A stretch of DNA of 64,000 nt from Eledone cirrhosa (Eukaryota), in NCBI GenBank assembly GCA_964016885.1, contig OZ024753.1, positions 18,290,001-18,354,000 of the forward strand. The letters run 5' to 3'. The position numbers and the translations under genes were made by a program. Below, in pieces: positions 13,051 through 24,647 of the stretch. A model generated the notes under the pieces. The model was not told where the DNA came from and did no database searches. It worked only from the letters and a program-made list of their open reading frames with translations. Each line of letters starts with the position of its first letter. Position 1 is the stretch's first letter.

Positions 13051-14026
13051 CCAGCAGCTGATGAACAGTGTTACAATAAAGTAATAGTTTTCCATATATT
13101 TTGATATAGTGGTTGTATTTCTATCATAGAAAACATTTCATAGGATAGAAATGCACGAGCAACGTAAATATAGTTATTGTCTATACAGTGTTAGTGTTAC
13201 GACAGTCACAATACAAAATACATTCTGTCATTGCTGCTATCTTCTCAAATTACTTTATTAACTTTATTTTAAGTGCAGGTAAATACAATTAAAGCGATGA
13301 AATCACAATTAAGAATTAAAATTGTGAAATATTGAAGTGTTCATCAGGTTCAATATTTCGGGTTTAGAAAATAGCAACTGTCGTTTAATATTGCATGAAT
13401 AAATATGGATAACCCACGGGTTATGCGATAATTTAATGAAATTGCAACAAACTAGAAACGGGTTTAAAATGATACAGATATTATTTACGTCGTAATGAGG
13501 TTTTGTTGCGTCATTGTTTTCCTTATTTGACATTATATATGCAAGGAAACACGTTTACAGAAAATCAGTATAAAATGTTTATAATATATGTTGATTAAAG
13601 CATAATTAAATGGATTAAGCATATCAAAATGTAAGATAACCGTTTTTATTTTACGTTATTTAACTGAATAAATGAAATGTTTTTAGGAAATATTAGTTTC
13701 TGTTTATGAGATTCGATGTGAACGCGTAATTAAATCCTATTTGAAATAATATTTTTGCAGATTTCCTCTTAATTAAAGACGTGTGCAGGATGTAATTAAT
13801 GGCTAATTCGAAATTTGTGTAGATTTATTTCCGGTAATTTTAAACGTGCAAGTTATATATGAAATACATTTTCATTTTATATTGACATTCATATAAAATA
13901 AAAGAATTTACAATCAATAACTTCTACGAAATGGTAAAATTCTATCTCTCACAAATATAAAGACGGCACTGACTAAATACCCCTTTCTAAACGGACATAC
14001 GAATACAGAATTATACATAATATTTA

Positions 14027-14080
<54 letters not shown>

Positions 14081-14178
14081 GGGGGGGGGGTGTAAAAGGT
14101 AAACAGAAATTACAGCACAATCGGTAAAGTATCTGGAAGGAACATATTAGGTTCACACTTGAAATAGCAGGAAGAGGG

Positions 14179-14214
14179 CCCTAACGTTTCGGACGGTAGT
14201 CCATCATCAGAAGA
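14179..14214 (-). ncRNA. Minimal type I hammerhead ribozyme motif
   Basis: Minus strand: tctt-CTGATGA-t-GGAC-tacc-GTCC-GAAA-CG-TT-aggg. Stem I is mostly G-U pairs. Confidence 0.65.
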
Positions 14215-14311
14215 AAAGAATGTGAAATTAGATACATTGAAGGAACGAGTGGGGTGGAATTAGAAAAAATGTCTTTAGATAAAAATAACAGGTCCATTCA
14301 TGTGCCATCTG

Positions 14312-14349
<38 letters not shown>

Positions 14350-14928
14350 CTAAAGACATATATATATATATATATCTATCCCGTTTGACCTGTGCGGAAT
14401 TCCTTCCTTGCTCAAATTTCGACCAGGTTTGATGGTCTTTATTCTCTCTCGTTCACGATTTCACCGAACTTATATTCATGGAAATCTGGGACTTGACTCT
14501 TTCTTCCTCACTTTTCGTTGCTCTACCATCCTTGTTTGTTTACACTCTCGCTCGTTCCCCTTATTTACGTGTCCCAACGACTTTCTTTAGCCGCTGCTCG
14601 CACCAACCGGAGGTATATGGTCTTTAAAGTGATGAAATACCAATGATGGTTGGAAAAACATTGACGAATGACTAACTTTATTTATACATATATATATATA
14701 TAAACGGAAAAAATGAAACAAATTTCATTTCCCACTCTTAGTACGGCTGTTACTTAAATATAAGTATGTACACGTACATACATATACGTATAGAGACGTA
14801 CAGTAGTATGTATATATATATACATACATGCACACATATATATATATGCACGTATGGATTCACCGAACATTTATTACAATGCTCGGTGTGTTTGTAAACA
14901 AAGATCCGTATTAAGCCGTAGTGTCCAG

Positions 14929-14980
<52 letters not shown>

Positions 14981-14982
<2 letters not shown>

Positions 14983-15308
14983 TAAGATCAAAAGATGGTT
15001 AAAGGAGTTCCATGTATTTTATTATGCGCATTTCAAAAACAAACATCATCATGCAATAATATTTGTGTTTTCATCAGATAAAACAGGAGAACATGATATG
15101 AAGGCTAAAAAACACTTGTGGATAGTGCAGTTTTAAATCAACATATGTTGATTTAAAATTGCACTATCCACAAGTGTTTTTTAGCCTTCATATCATGTTC
15201 TCCTGTTTTATCTGATGAAAACACAAATATTATTGCATGATGATGTTTGTTTTTGAAATGCGCATAATAAAATACATGGAACTCCTTTAACCATCTTTTG
15301 ATCTTATA
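14981..15308. repeat. 328-bp near-perfect palindrome (about one mismatch) carrying an HHR in each arm
   Basis: Arms mirror about 15144/15145. The same family occurs truncated at 142-236. Confidence 0.95.
15206..15272 (+). ncRNA. Type I hammerhead ribozyme motif (mirror copy on minus strand at 15017-15083)
   Basis: ttttat-CTGATGA-aaaca...tgttttt-GAAA-tgcgca-TA-ataaaa: 6-bp stem I, palindromic TGCGCA in place of stem III. Confidence 0.75.
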
Positions 15309-15395
15309 TTATGCATACTCCAGTCCTACAAACTGTAGAGTGCTTCTTATCCGATATCTGCATTGCTTTATTGTACTACAATAAAACTCACCTCC

Positions 15396-15451
<56 letters not shown>

Positions 15452-15458
<7 letters not shown>

Positions 15459-16566
15459 ACTAGAAATTGATTAACATATAAATAAACATGAATAATCACA
15501 GGAGATAATGTTTACAAGTGTGTAAGCACACATAGCTAGGTAGGTAACTAAATAAAGTTAACCAGAACTTCAAAAATAGATACCTTATAATATGATTAAT
15601 CTTCCCTGTATATATTCCATTAAAGAAATATATTTCACCAATTAATCGAATGGTAAACCATTCTTGGTAAACCATTTTTGGCCGGTACTTGGATTTTCAA
15701 CAAGGAAGAAGTCCAGCGATCTATGTTTACACTTCAAGTTCAAATCAGCGACTGGCCAACAACACGTGCTGTATCTACTAGAAATACACACATCATACCA
15801 GCTTCGTCACAGTGGCGTGAATAGGGTTATCGACAACTAGAAACAGCAGTCAAATCCTTTCAACAGAGTTAGATCTACAAATAAGGAGCCGTATTTAGAT
15901 ATCTATATCCAATGTTAAGATAATCAAACTTATTTGTGTCATGCCAGAAAGACATGCGCCATATCACCCGCAAAATAAGCTCTAAGATTCTAACGAATAG
16001 GTCCGAGCATTTTATAATAACTAGAAATTGATTAACATATAAATAAACATGAATAATCGCAGGAGATAATTTTTACAAGTGTGTAAGCACACATAGCTAG
16101 GTAGGTAACTAAATAAAGTTAACCAGAACTTCAAAAATAGATACCTTATAATATGATTAATCTTCCCTGTATATATTCCATTAAAGAAATATATTTCACC
16201 AATTAATCGAATGGTAAACCATGGAGGCCGGTACTTGGATGTTCAACAAGGAAGAAGTCCAGCAATCTATGTTTACTTCTTCCTTGTTGAAAATCCGAGT
16301 ACCGGCCTCCATGGTTTACCATTCGATTAAATGGTGAAATATATTTCTTTAATGGAATATATAGAGGGAAGATTAATCATATTATAAGGTATCTATTTTT
16401 GAAGTACTGGTTAACTTTATTTAGTTACCTACCTAGCTATGTGTGCTTACACACTTGTAAAAATTATCTCCTGTGATTATTCATGTTTATTTATATGTTA
16501 ATCAATTTCTAGTTATTATAAAATGCTCGGACCTATTCGTTAGAATCTTAGAGCTTATTTTGCGGG
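15452..16566. repeat. Direct repeat (15452-15730 vs 16013-16276, period ~560) followed by a ~290-bp fold-back (15967-16258 / 16275-16566)
   Basis: Direct reading on both strands. Spacer is 16 nt. Confidence 0.9.
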
Positions 16567-16609
16567 AAAGAACGAATAATACGTCTGACGTATTATTCGT
16601 TCTTTCCCG
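16563..16609. repeat. Perfect 23-bp-arm hairpin abutting the larger inverted repeat
   Basis: cgggaaagaacgaataatacgtc-t-gacgtattattcgttctttcccg. Confidence 0.95.
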
Positions 16610-16875
16610 TTCTTTGCCAGTGAACGTTTCCACGAACCAAAGTATCGTCTTCCTGTCTTCCTCCGGTTGCAACGTTTTTTGAAATATCCAGCTCTGCGTT
16701 TACAGATTGACTTTGTTAGTTTCAGAAGATCCCGTTAAGGGTGAAAGCAGCGATTCTTTGCTTAAACTTTAATCTGTTATTTTAATAAATATTTGCTCTA
16801 CGGTTCTTATATATTTGATATATATTTATTCTTATCGAACCCTCTTTGGATTTTAGTCTTCAAATTTATTATTAT

Positions 16876-16959
<84 letters not shown>

Positions 16960-17050
16960 GATGTGTATTGTTTTACAAAAAACAATATAAGAGGATATAA
17001 CAATAGATGAAGATGGTGTACATAGTTCAAAATAGAGTTCATGTATCAAT

Positions 17051-17129
17051 TCAGAACGTAAAGAACCGTAACTCTATGCCGCAAAACATGTTGTCTGACG
17101 CTCTAACAATTCTGCCAACCAGCCGCCCT
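17051..17129 (-). mobile_element. SINE 5' (tRNA-related) fragment
   Basis: tcagaacgtaaag...gacgctctaac.attctgcca..c.gccgccc is similar to the SINE heads at 3165-3240. Confidence 0.65.
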
Positions 17130-17235
17130 AAAAAAGGCTATGTATTACACCCTTCTGAGAGAACTTTCTTAAAAATGTATGTATACAAACTCTGATTGTG
17201 CAAAAAATAACGATTACACTAGAAGCATATTATTC

Positions 17236-17522
17236 ATTAAAAAAGACACCAAATACATTATTACGTTAGATAATGATTAACGGACGTTTCAACCCATCTA
17301 GAGACTTTTCAAAATGATAAATTTAATACATTAACCTAAATATAATCTCACCGTAATGCAATCATACAACAGTCAGAAATGTCTTTACATTACATGATTG
17401 CATCATGGTAAGATTATATTGAGGTTTATGTATTAAATTTCTGATTTTAAAAGTCTCAGGAAGGGAGGAAATGTTCTTCAATTAGAATTTAACGTATTAA
17501 TGTATTAGCTGCCTTTTTTTAA
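17236..17522. repeat. Old imperfect fold-back or MITE-like inverted repeat
   Basis: aaatttaatacattaacctaaatataatctcaccgtaatgcaatcat vs atgattgcatcatggtaagattatattgaggtttatgtattaaattt. Outer arms aatacattattacgtta/taacgtattaatgtatt. Confidence 0.7.
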
Positions 17523-17523
17523 A

Positions 17524-17559
<36 letters not shown>

Positions 17560-17966
17560 TTGTATCCCTATGTGTATTATTTACATGCAGGAACACATAC
17601 TTTTATTATTATTCTCCCCAACGGTAGAGAAACCTCTGGTCATTTGAACGGTTGCTATTTTTAGTAGCGAAATATTGACCTGTCCACCTTGCTTTCAGTC
17701 TTTGCACACGGTACTAGACAAAATTGTTTCATCATTCATTTGTTGGGGCAGTTTTGTATGGCGCCAGTTTGTATTTTGAACTCGGGAATCTTATATTCTC
17801 CCAGAGAGAAAAGCCTTCTGACGAGGATCTCTTTCTCAATGGAAATCCGCTTGGATTATCTATTTGTTTCGGGATCTGAAACCGCGGTAAAGCCACATAT
17901 AGTAAGTAGAGGGAACTTTTTGAAATTTATTTAATATTTTTATCTTTATTTGCTTTTCCTTGATAT

Positions 17967-18739
<773 letters not shown>

Positions 18740-19065
18740 TTAAAAGGAAATAATTCAGTAGAAAATTCTGTAGGGATTTTTCAGTATAATATCAAGAACA
18801 AAGGATAACCTCGGGCAGAAACATGAAGTTTCCTTTCTAAATATGTATGTAAAAAACTAATAATTTTTCTTCCTCATTTTATTATTATCCGTATAAATTC
18901 GCAATTTAACAGCACTCTGCACTTCCGCCTTTGAAAAAGCATATAATGCTGAAACCGGTACAATATTAAATGCGGAAACCCCCGCTTTATGAATAGATGT
19001 TTTAATATTATACTGAAAAAATCTCACCACCAATTTTCTGCTGTATTTTTTCCTTTTTACTATTT

Positions 19066-19124
<59 letters not shown>

Positions 19125-19169
19125 CCTGTGGCACTTTTCTACATTCCATATATATATATATAAATATTT

Positions 19170-19620
19170 GGTGTATATGTTATATATGGTTTTGGATGTG
19201 ATTGTCTATATAACAATGAAAACGTTGTCCAAGATAGGTAACAATGAACTAATTTGCTACCTATCTCTAACTTAATTTTGTGTTCATTGTTCTACAACCA
19301 CACACACACACGCAAATGTTCTGAACAAAGGAGAGGTACAAATAACAAAGAAAAGAACCCCAGTCACTGAAGAGGTCACATAATGTGTGACGAAAGAAAT
19401 TTGACAATATATAAACAACCATCTGGTTGTGGAACCAACCAACCAACCGGAAATTTATAAATTCCTAAATTTATAAATTTATTATAATAAATTGAAGTGA
19501 AAGCAACTGGTGCGTGTGTTTCTTATTGGCAACATGACCCCCCCCCCCAAGTATAACAATATCGGTTTCAACACACGTTTTCAGATAAAGAATCTTGCTA
19601 AACAAATTCAGAAATGAAAT
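19170..19620 (+). mobile_element. Solo pseudo-LTR of a second Naiad-like PLE subfamily
   Basis: Ends in an ORF start (ATG 19534; after a poly-C slip, KYNNIGFNTRFQIKNLAKQI) homologous to [24 protein letters not shown] at 24648. Contains an HHR. 5' boundary is approximate. Confidence 0.75.
19363..19405 (+). ncRNA. Minimal type I hammerhead ribozyme motif
   Basis: gtca-CTGAAGA-g-GTCACA-taatg-TGTGAC-GAAA-gaaa-TT-tgac. Confidence 0.8.
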
Positions 19621-19642
19621 ATATATATATAGATAGATATTA

Positions 19643-19769
19643 CAGGGAAATCTCTGACAAACAATTGATCGCAGCCTCTTCGCGGCAGCCCCGTTCCATT
19701 ATTTATCAAACATTTCGGCAGCATGCAGGATCCGATCAAATAGACAATTGTTTGTCAGAGATTTCCCCG
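19643..19769. mobile_element. 127-bp MITE (Tc1/mariner-type, TA target duplication)
   Basis: TA-cagggaaatctctgacaaacaattg ... caattgtttgtcagagatttccccg-TA: 25-bp TIRs with one mismatch. Confidence 0.85.
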
Positions 19770-20009
19770 TAAGAAAATGTATTCTTAAAGCTTGCTAGAT
19801 TTGATTTTGTATATGGTTAATTATGCTAATTGGAAGAAGAAATATTATATATTTTAATATCTGATTGATTCTATAGACAGGATTTATGATATAATGCTCT
19901 GATTTTTTGATTTTAATTTATTAATTCTTCATTGAGCTTAAAAGTGAACAGTTGCAACATATATATATCTTTAATTTAATTCTATGTATATGATAACCTC
20001 TCTCTCTAT

Positions 20010-20103
<94 letters not shown>

Positions 20104-20603
20104 GTGTAAATAATTTTGTAAACCCGAGATTCCTCTTCGAGTAAACCTTAAGCCTTGGCCGCCTACTACAAAAGCTAAAAGACACACCACCTCATCATGC
20201 TGAAACCATCTTTCCAAGGACACATTGACTTCTACCAACGTCATATGCCCCACGCTCAAAGCAGCTGAAATAGGATATAATAATATGTATATGTGTGTGT
20301 GTGTCCGTGTAAAGTAATGATAATTGCGAAGGCCATATATGGATATTTATTTTAGCCATAATCTGCTGCCATAATACATATTTTTGTGGTATAAATGTTT
20401 GCATAGTTATGCCACCCCAGAACTACCAACTCGAGTTCATCAAACAACATCTTAAATAATATATTTGTTGAGCAACATTTCTAATGCAATATAAGCTGTC
20501 GGCTCGCAGACAGACGGATTCGATGTTGTTCCATTGAGAGAGCGTCGCTTTATTAAATAAATTGTTGATATACAATGTAACAGACATATATGTGATATAT
20601 GTG

Positions 20604-20693
<90 letters not shown>

Positions 20694-22313
20694 AGAGTCG
20701 TAACGTTTCGGACAGCTGCCCTGCATCAGAAAATAGAGTTAGACATAGAAGATAAATAGAATAGTAAGAATGGGGAGATAATGCGGAAAAAAAGGGAGAG
20801 AAATAAAAACACGTGCTTATTTCGTAAGTCATATTGTTTAGTTCTATACATAAAAATAAAGACAATTTCTAAATATAAATGTTTGAATTTTAGACAAATG
20901 ACGAAATAATAAGCATTTGCTTTAACTAATCCTTAAGTGCCGTGGGAAAATGTCGGTTATGTTTGATGTGTTAAGCCTATTTTACTGTGGATGAAATTTA
21001 AGTATACTATTTTACTCTATTACGTCTTCCAGCCATCCAGCTGAAGCCATGCTATGCTAAGAAAATTAACCAGATAATCATGTGTATAAGACAGTGAAGG
21101 GTACAATAGCTACAACACAATCATAGTCTAAAATGACAGCATTTCACGGGGGATTATAGTGTTTTGATCTTTGACAAAATATATACTCGCCCTTATATGC
21201 TAAAGTATATCTGTAAATGTAAAGTTTATATGTAATGAAATACCAAGAATTAGGTTGGGAAAATGTCAAGTTTTAAAAGTAAAATTGAATAGATTCCAAC
21301 AATCTAGCAATATATAGCAGAGATTATATTGAGTTCAGTAAATTAAGATGTAAATTTATATGTTATTTCCACAATATTTACGACAGTAATAGCAATGCAT
21401 TTGTATACAACCCACATAACCCACTCTCTATTCTCTTGTTCTATTTCATGGAGTCTTTACTTCCTTTTTCTTTTAAAGATCGCCTGTACAACTTTTAGAA
21501 ACACTGAACGAGCGAGGCAAAGTAGATTTAGAAAGTCATGACAAAGACATGAGTAGAGGCAGACCAAAGCAGGAAGCTTGCAATGAATATGAAGAAAAGG
21601 GACCCCCCGCCCCACACCAAACAAAAAACAAATCTAAAATTCAATTCATACATCATGATATATATACATGTGTGTGTGTGTGTATTTCTGTTCTTTTATT
21701 TGAGACACATTACAAAATTATATTTCCTATACTATCGTGACACGTTTGTATTCAAGTATTATGAACACGATCGTGAAACAATCATTTCTGGTATTTTTTA
21801 GAGAACGTTCAAAACAATTTTCACGAATTTTCTGTCTCGTTTTTTCCGGAAAAAATAGTTCATTCAACGAAGGTCTATATACATTCATTTGGGTCAAAAA
21901 TATAAACATATGAAGAATGATATACATCCTTTTTTTTTTGTTTGATTATTATAAATATTAGAAATTTGGATTTTTTTTTCTGGTATGATAATGTATATCA
22001 AACTACGTTGTGGCTTATCTCTTGTCAAAATAACATATCACGCTTAAAAGAAAACATGGACGTGTTCATTTATTATGATAGATTTTGGAAATGGAGGACA
22101 CAAAATGATACGAGCTGAATATTATATGTACGATACCAGAGTTTCCCTAGAAATTGACATACATAATGTCTTAAACACACACATTTTTACACACACACAC
22201 ACACACACATTTGTAAACAATGAGTTATATGATTTGTTGATTATTAAACAAGGTTAATTTTACAACAGGTATGAAGCACTCTACAGTTTTTCTGGGGTAT
22301 CTGTAATATTAAA

Positions 22314-22433
22314 AATATTGTTTCTAATTTTGGCACAAGGCCAGCAATTACCCAGTGTATTACTGGTACTTTATTTTATCGACTCCGTAAGGATGAAAAG
22401 CAAAGTTAACTTTGGCGGGATTTGAACTCAGAA
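22314..22433 (-). mobile_element. Octopus-type SINE, 3' part
   Basis: Same family as 3047-3552. Confidence 0.85.
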
Positions 22434-22693
22434 TAAATGTAAAATATATTTATAAAACCATACTTATCCAATTAAGTTCACATGACGATATGTCACGATC
22501 TTAACACCAATTATTATATTTTATCTGACTCAAGCGTACTTAAATATTAGTACCCTTGAAATATGAATCAAAAAATAAATATGGTTTTATAAAGATATTT
22601 TATTGTTATTAATATTATTAATATATGTATGTATTCAGAAATATATATATGAATATATATATATATAAGAATATATATATATCAATATATATA

Positions 22694-22856
22694 TGAGTGG
22701 TTAGAGAATTGCATTCGTAATCTTGAGGTTGTAAGTTCGATTCCTGGACCGGGCGATACGTTATGTCCTTGAGCAAGACACTTTATTTCACGTTGCTCCT
22801 TCTACCTGGAGTTGCGACCGATAGATAGTGCTAGCAACTGGAAAGACCAACGGAAA
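22694..22856 (+). mobile_element. Second tRNA-derived SINE family, 3'-truncated and fused to the PLE
   Basis: gagtggttagag (A-box end), gttcgattcc (B box), gtccttgagcaagacacttt central domain. Fuller copy at 51590-51806. Confidence 0.85.
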
Positions 22857-24131
22857 ATCTACACCCAAAATGAGGGAGCAGCCATCGGCGTCAGCATAGC
22901 TGGTGATGTTGCCAACCTTTTCATGGTATGGTGGGAAATGAGACTTAAAGATCTCCTTAATGAAAGCTCCATAGACCTCATCATGTACGCTCGTTATGTA
23001 GACGATATCAATATAGTTATAAGAACACCCCCACTAGAGAGCACTAACAAGTTTGATTTAGAACGTAGCACGATGGAAAGCATCCAGCAGATAGCTAATT
23101 CCATACACCAGAGTATAACTGTAACTATAGAGTTCCCTTCCAAACACCCTAACAATAGACTACCTGTATTAGACACAGAACTCTGGATTAACACTATAGA
23201 CGAGAGAGCCCAAATTCTCCACTCACACTATGCTAAACCCATGGCCTCCAAATACCTGATACTCAAAAACTCAGCAATGTCCAGTAGTGCTAAGTTTAAT
23301 ATTCTAATTGCAGATTTGGTACGAGTGATGAAGAATGTGTCCAGCATGTGCGATACAACAGAAATGGAAGGACACATCCAACACTTCATCAACCGCATGC
23401 AGTTCTCTGGCTACAACCAAAGAGACAGAGTCAGAGTATACGAAGGAGCCATGGAAAAGTATAAGACCCTCATAGAACTGCACATGAAAGGAATTTGCCC
23501 ACTATACAGGAGCAAATCATGGAATAGCTTAGATAGGGCTAGACATAAGATAGGGAAGGCCACATCATGGTACGACAACCAGAGATATCAGAGTGTCATG
23601 TTTGTGGACGCCACCCCTGGAGGGAAATTAGCTAACCAGTGTAGAAAGGCCCTGAGAAAGACCCACTTAAAAATAAAGGTGGTAGAAAAGCCAGGAACCA
23701 CCATAAAATCCCTGATCAGCAAAACCTACCCTTTTAAGAAAACCCACTGTACCAATAGGAAATGTATCATATGTAAGGTGAACCCCCGGATAAACTGTAA
23801 AACTAGAAACGTAGTCTATAGCATAAGATGTACAGAGGGTACTTGCAGAAACATGACAACAACATACATAGGTGAAAGGATAGACCAACACTGGGGGGAA
23901 CTAAAAGGACGAAAAAACGGGTCAATACTATACGAACATGCTAGACAACAACATGACGGTAACATAGACAACATAGAAATTAGAATAATATCTAAACATA
24001 GGAATGACCCAGCAGATAGGCAAATCAGAGAGGCCAGTGAAATAGAAATTAGAAGACCAAAGCTAAACAGAAAGAATGAGTGGAACAACAACAACACCCA
24101 AACAAACAACACTGACCTAAGAGAAGTATAA
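22854..24131 (+). pseudogene. 5'-truncated PLE RT C-terminus and GIY-YIG (upstream tandem copy)
   Basis: YARYVDDINI and VVY..YIGE. A 21-nt in-frame deletion between cataggtga repeats removes 7 aa (YIGETARSIGER to YIGER). Confidence 0.9.
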
Positions 24132-24406
24132 ATAAGTAAATAAAATAAAATAAAATAAAATAAGATAAATAAATACATACACAAGCACAATAACAACAAG
24201 CACATAAACACACACTAGTCACCCAGCAGACACAACACTATACACACTAGTCACACATCACACATAACACTATACACACACGCAAACGCATGCGCAAAGA
24301 AGACAAAATAAAATAAGATAAACAAACAAGCAAATAAATAAATAAATATATAGACAGACTGAATAAAAAATGGCGTAGACATACAACACAACAGGAGGAA
24401 CAATGA

Positions 24407-24463
24407 ATATAACACCACCGACGATGTTGCAGATGTGCAACGAAAGATTTATGTAAATTATGT
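24407..24463 (+). ncRNA. PLE pseudo-LTR hammerhead motif, variant core CCGACGA
   Basis: ca-CCGACGA-t-GTTGCA-gatg-TGCAAC-GAAA-gatt-TA-tg. Distal stem I atataa/ttatgt. Confidence 0.65.
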
Positions 24464-24647
24464 AAACTATATATATATATATGTGTTTGTGTCTATATCG
24501 TATCTGTATTATTTTTGACCGCCGGTCAGTCAATGGCAACATTGAGGACCGAGTAAGTTAGATCGCAGATATAAAAGACAGCGAGAAGCGAAAACCAACC
24601 AAACAGTGAGTGTGTTCTGTTATTAATTCTGGCAATATTACGCAAAT

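Noticed and set aside
18925-18962. AGCAT-ata-ATGCT-GAAACCGGTA HHR-like 3' half
   Set aside because: 5' core reads TTGAAAA; too degenerate.
20700-20732. HHR-like motif on the minus strand (CTGATGC-a-GGGC-agct-GTCC-GAAACGTT)
   Set aside because: Probably a decayed relative of 14179-14214. Core A9 is mutated and stem I is lost, so it is not called.
22812-22852. N-terminus of the 439-aa ORF
   Set aside because: Derived from SINE sequence with a TTG start; a fusion artefact.
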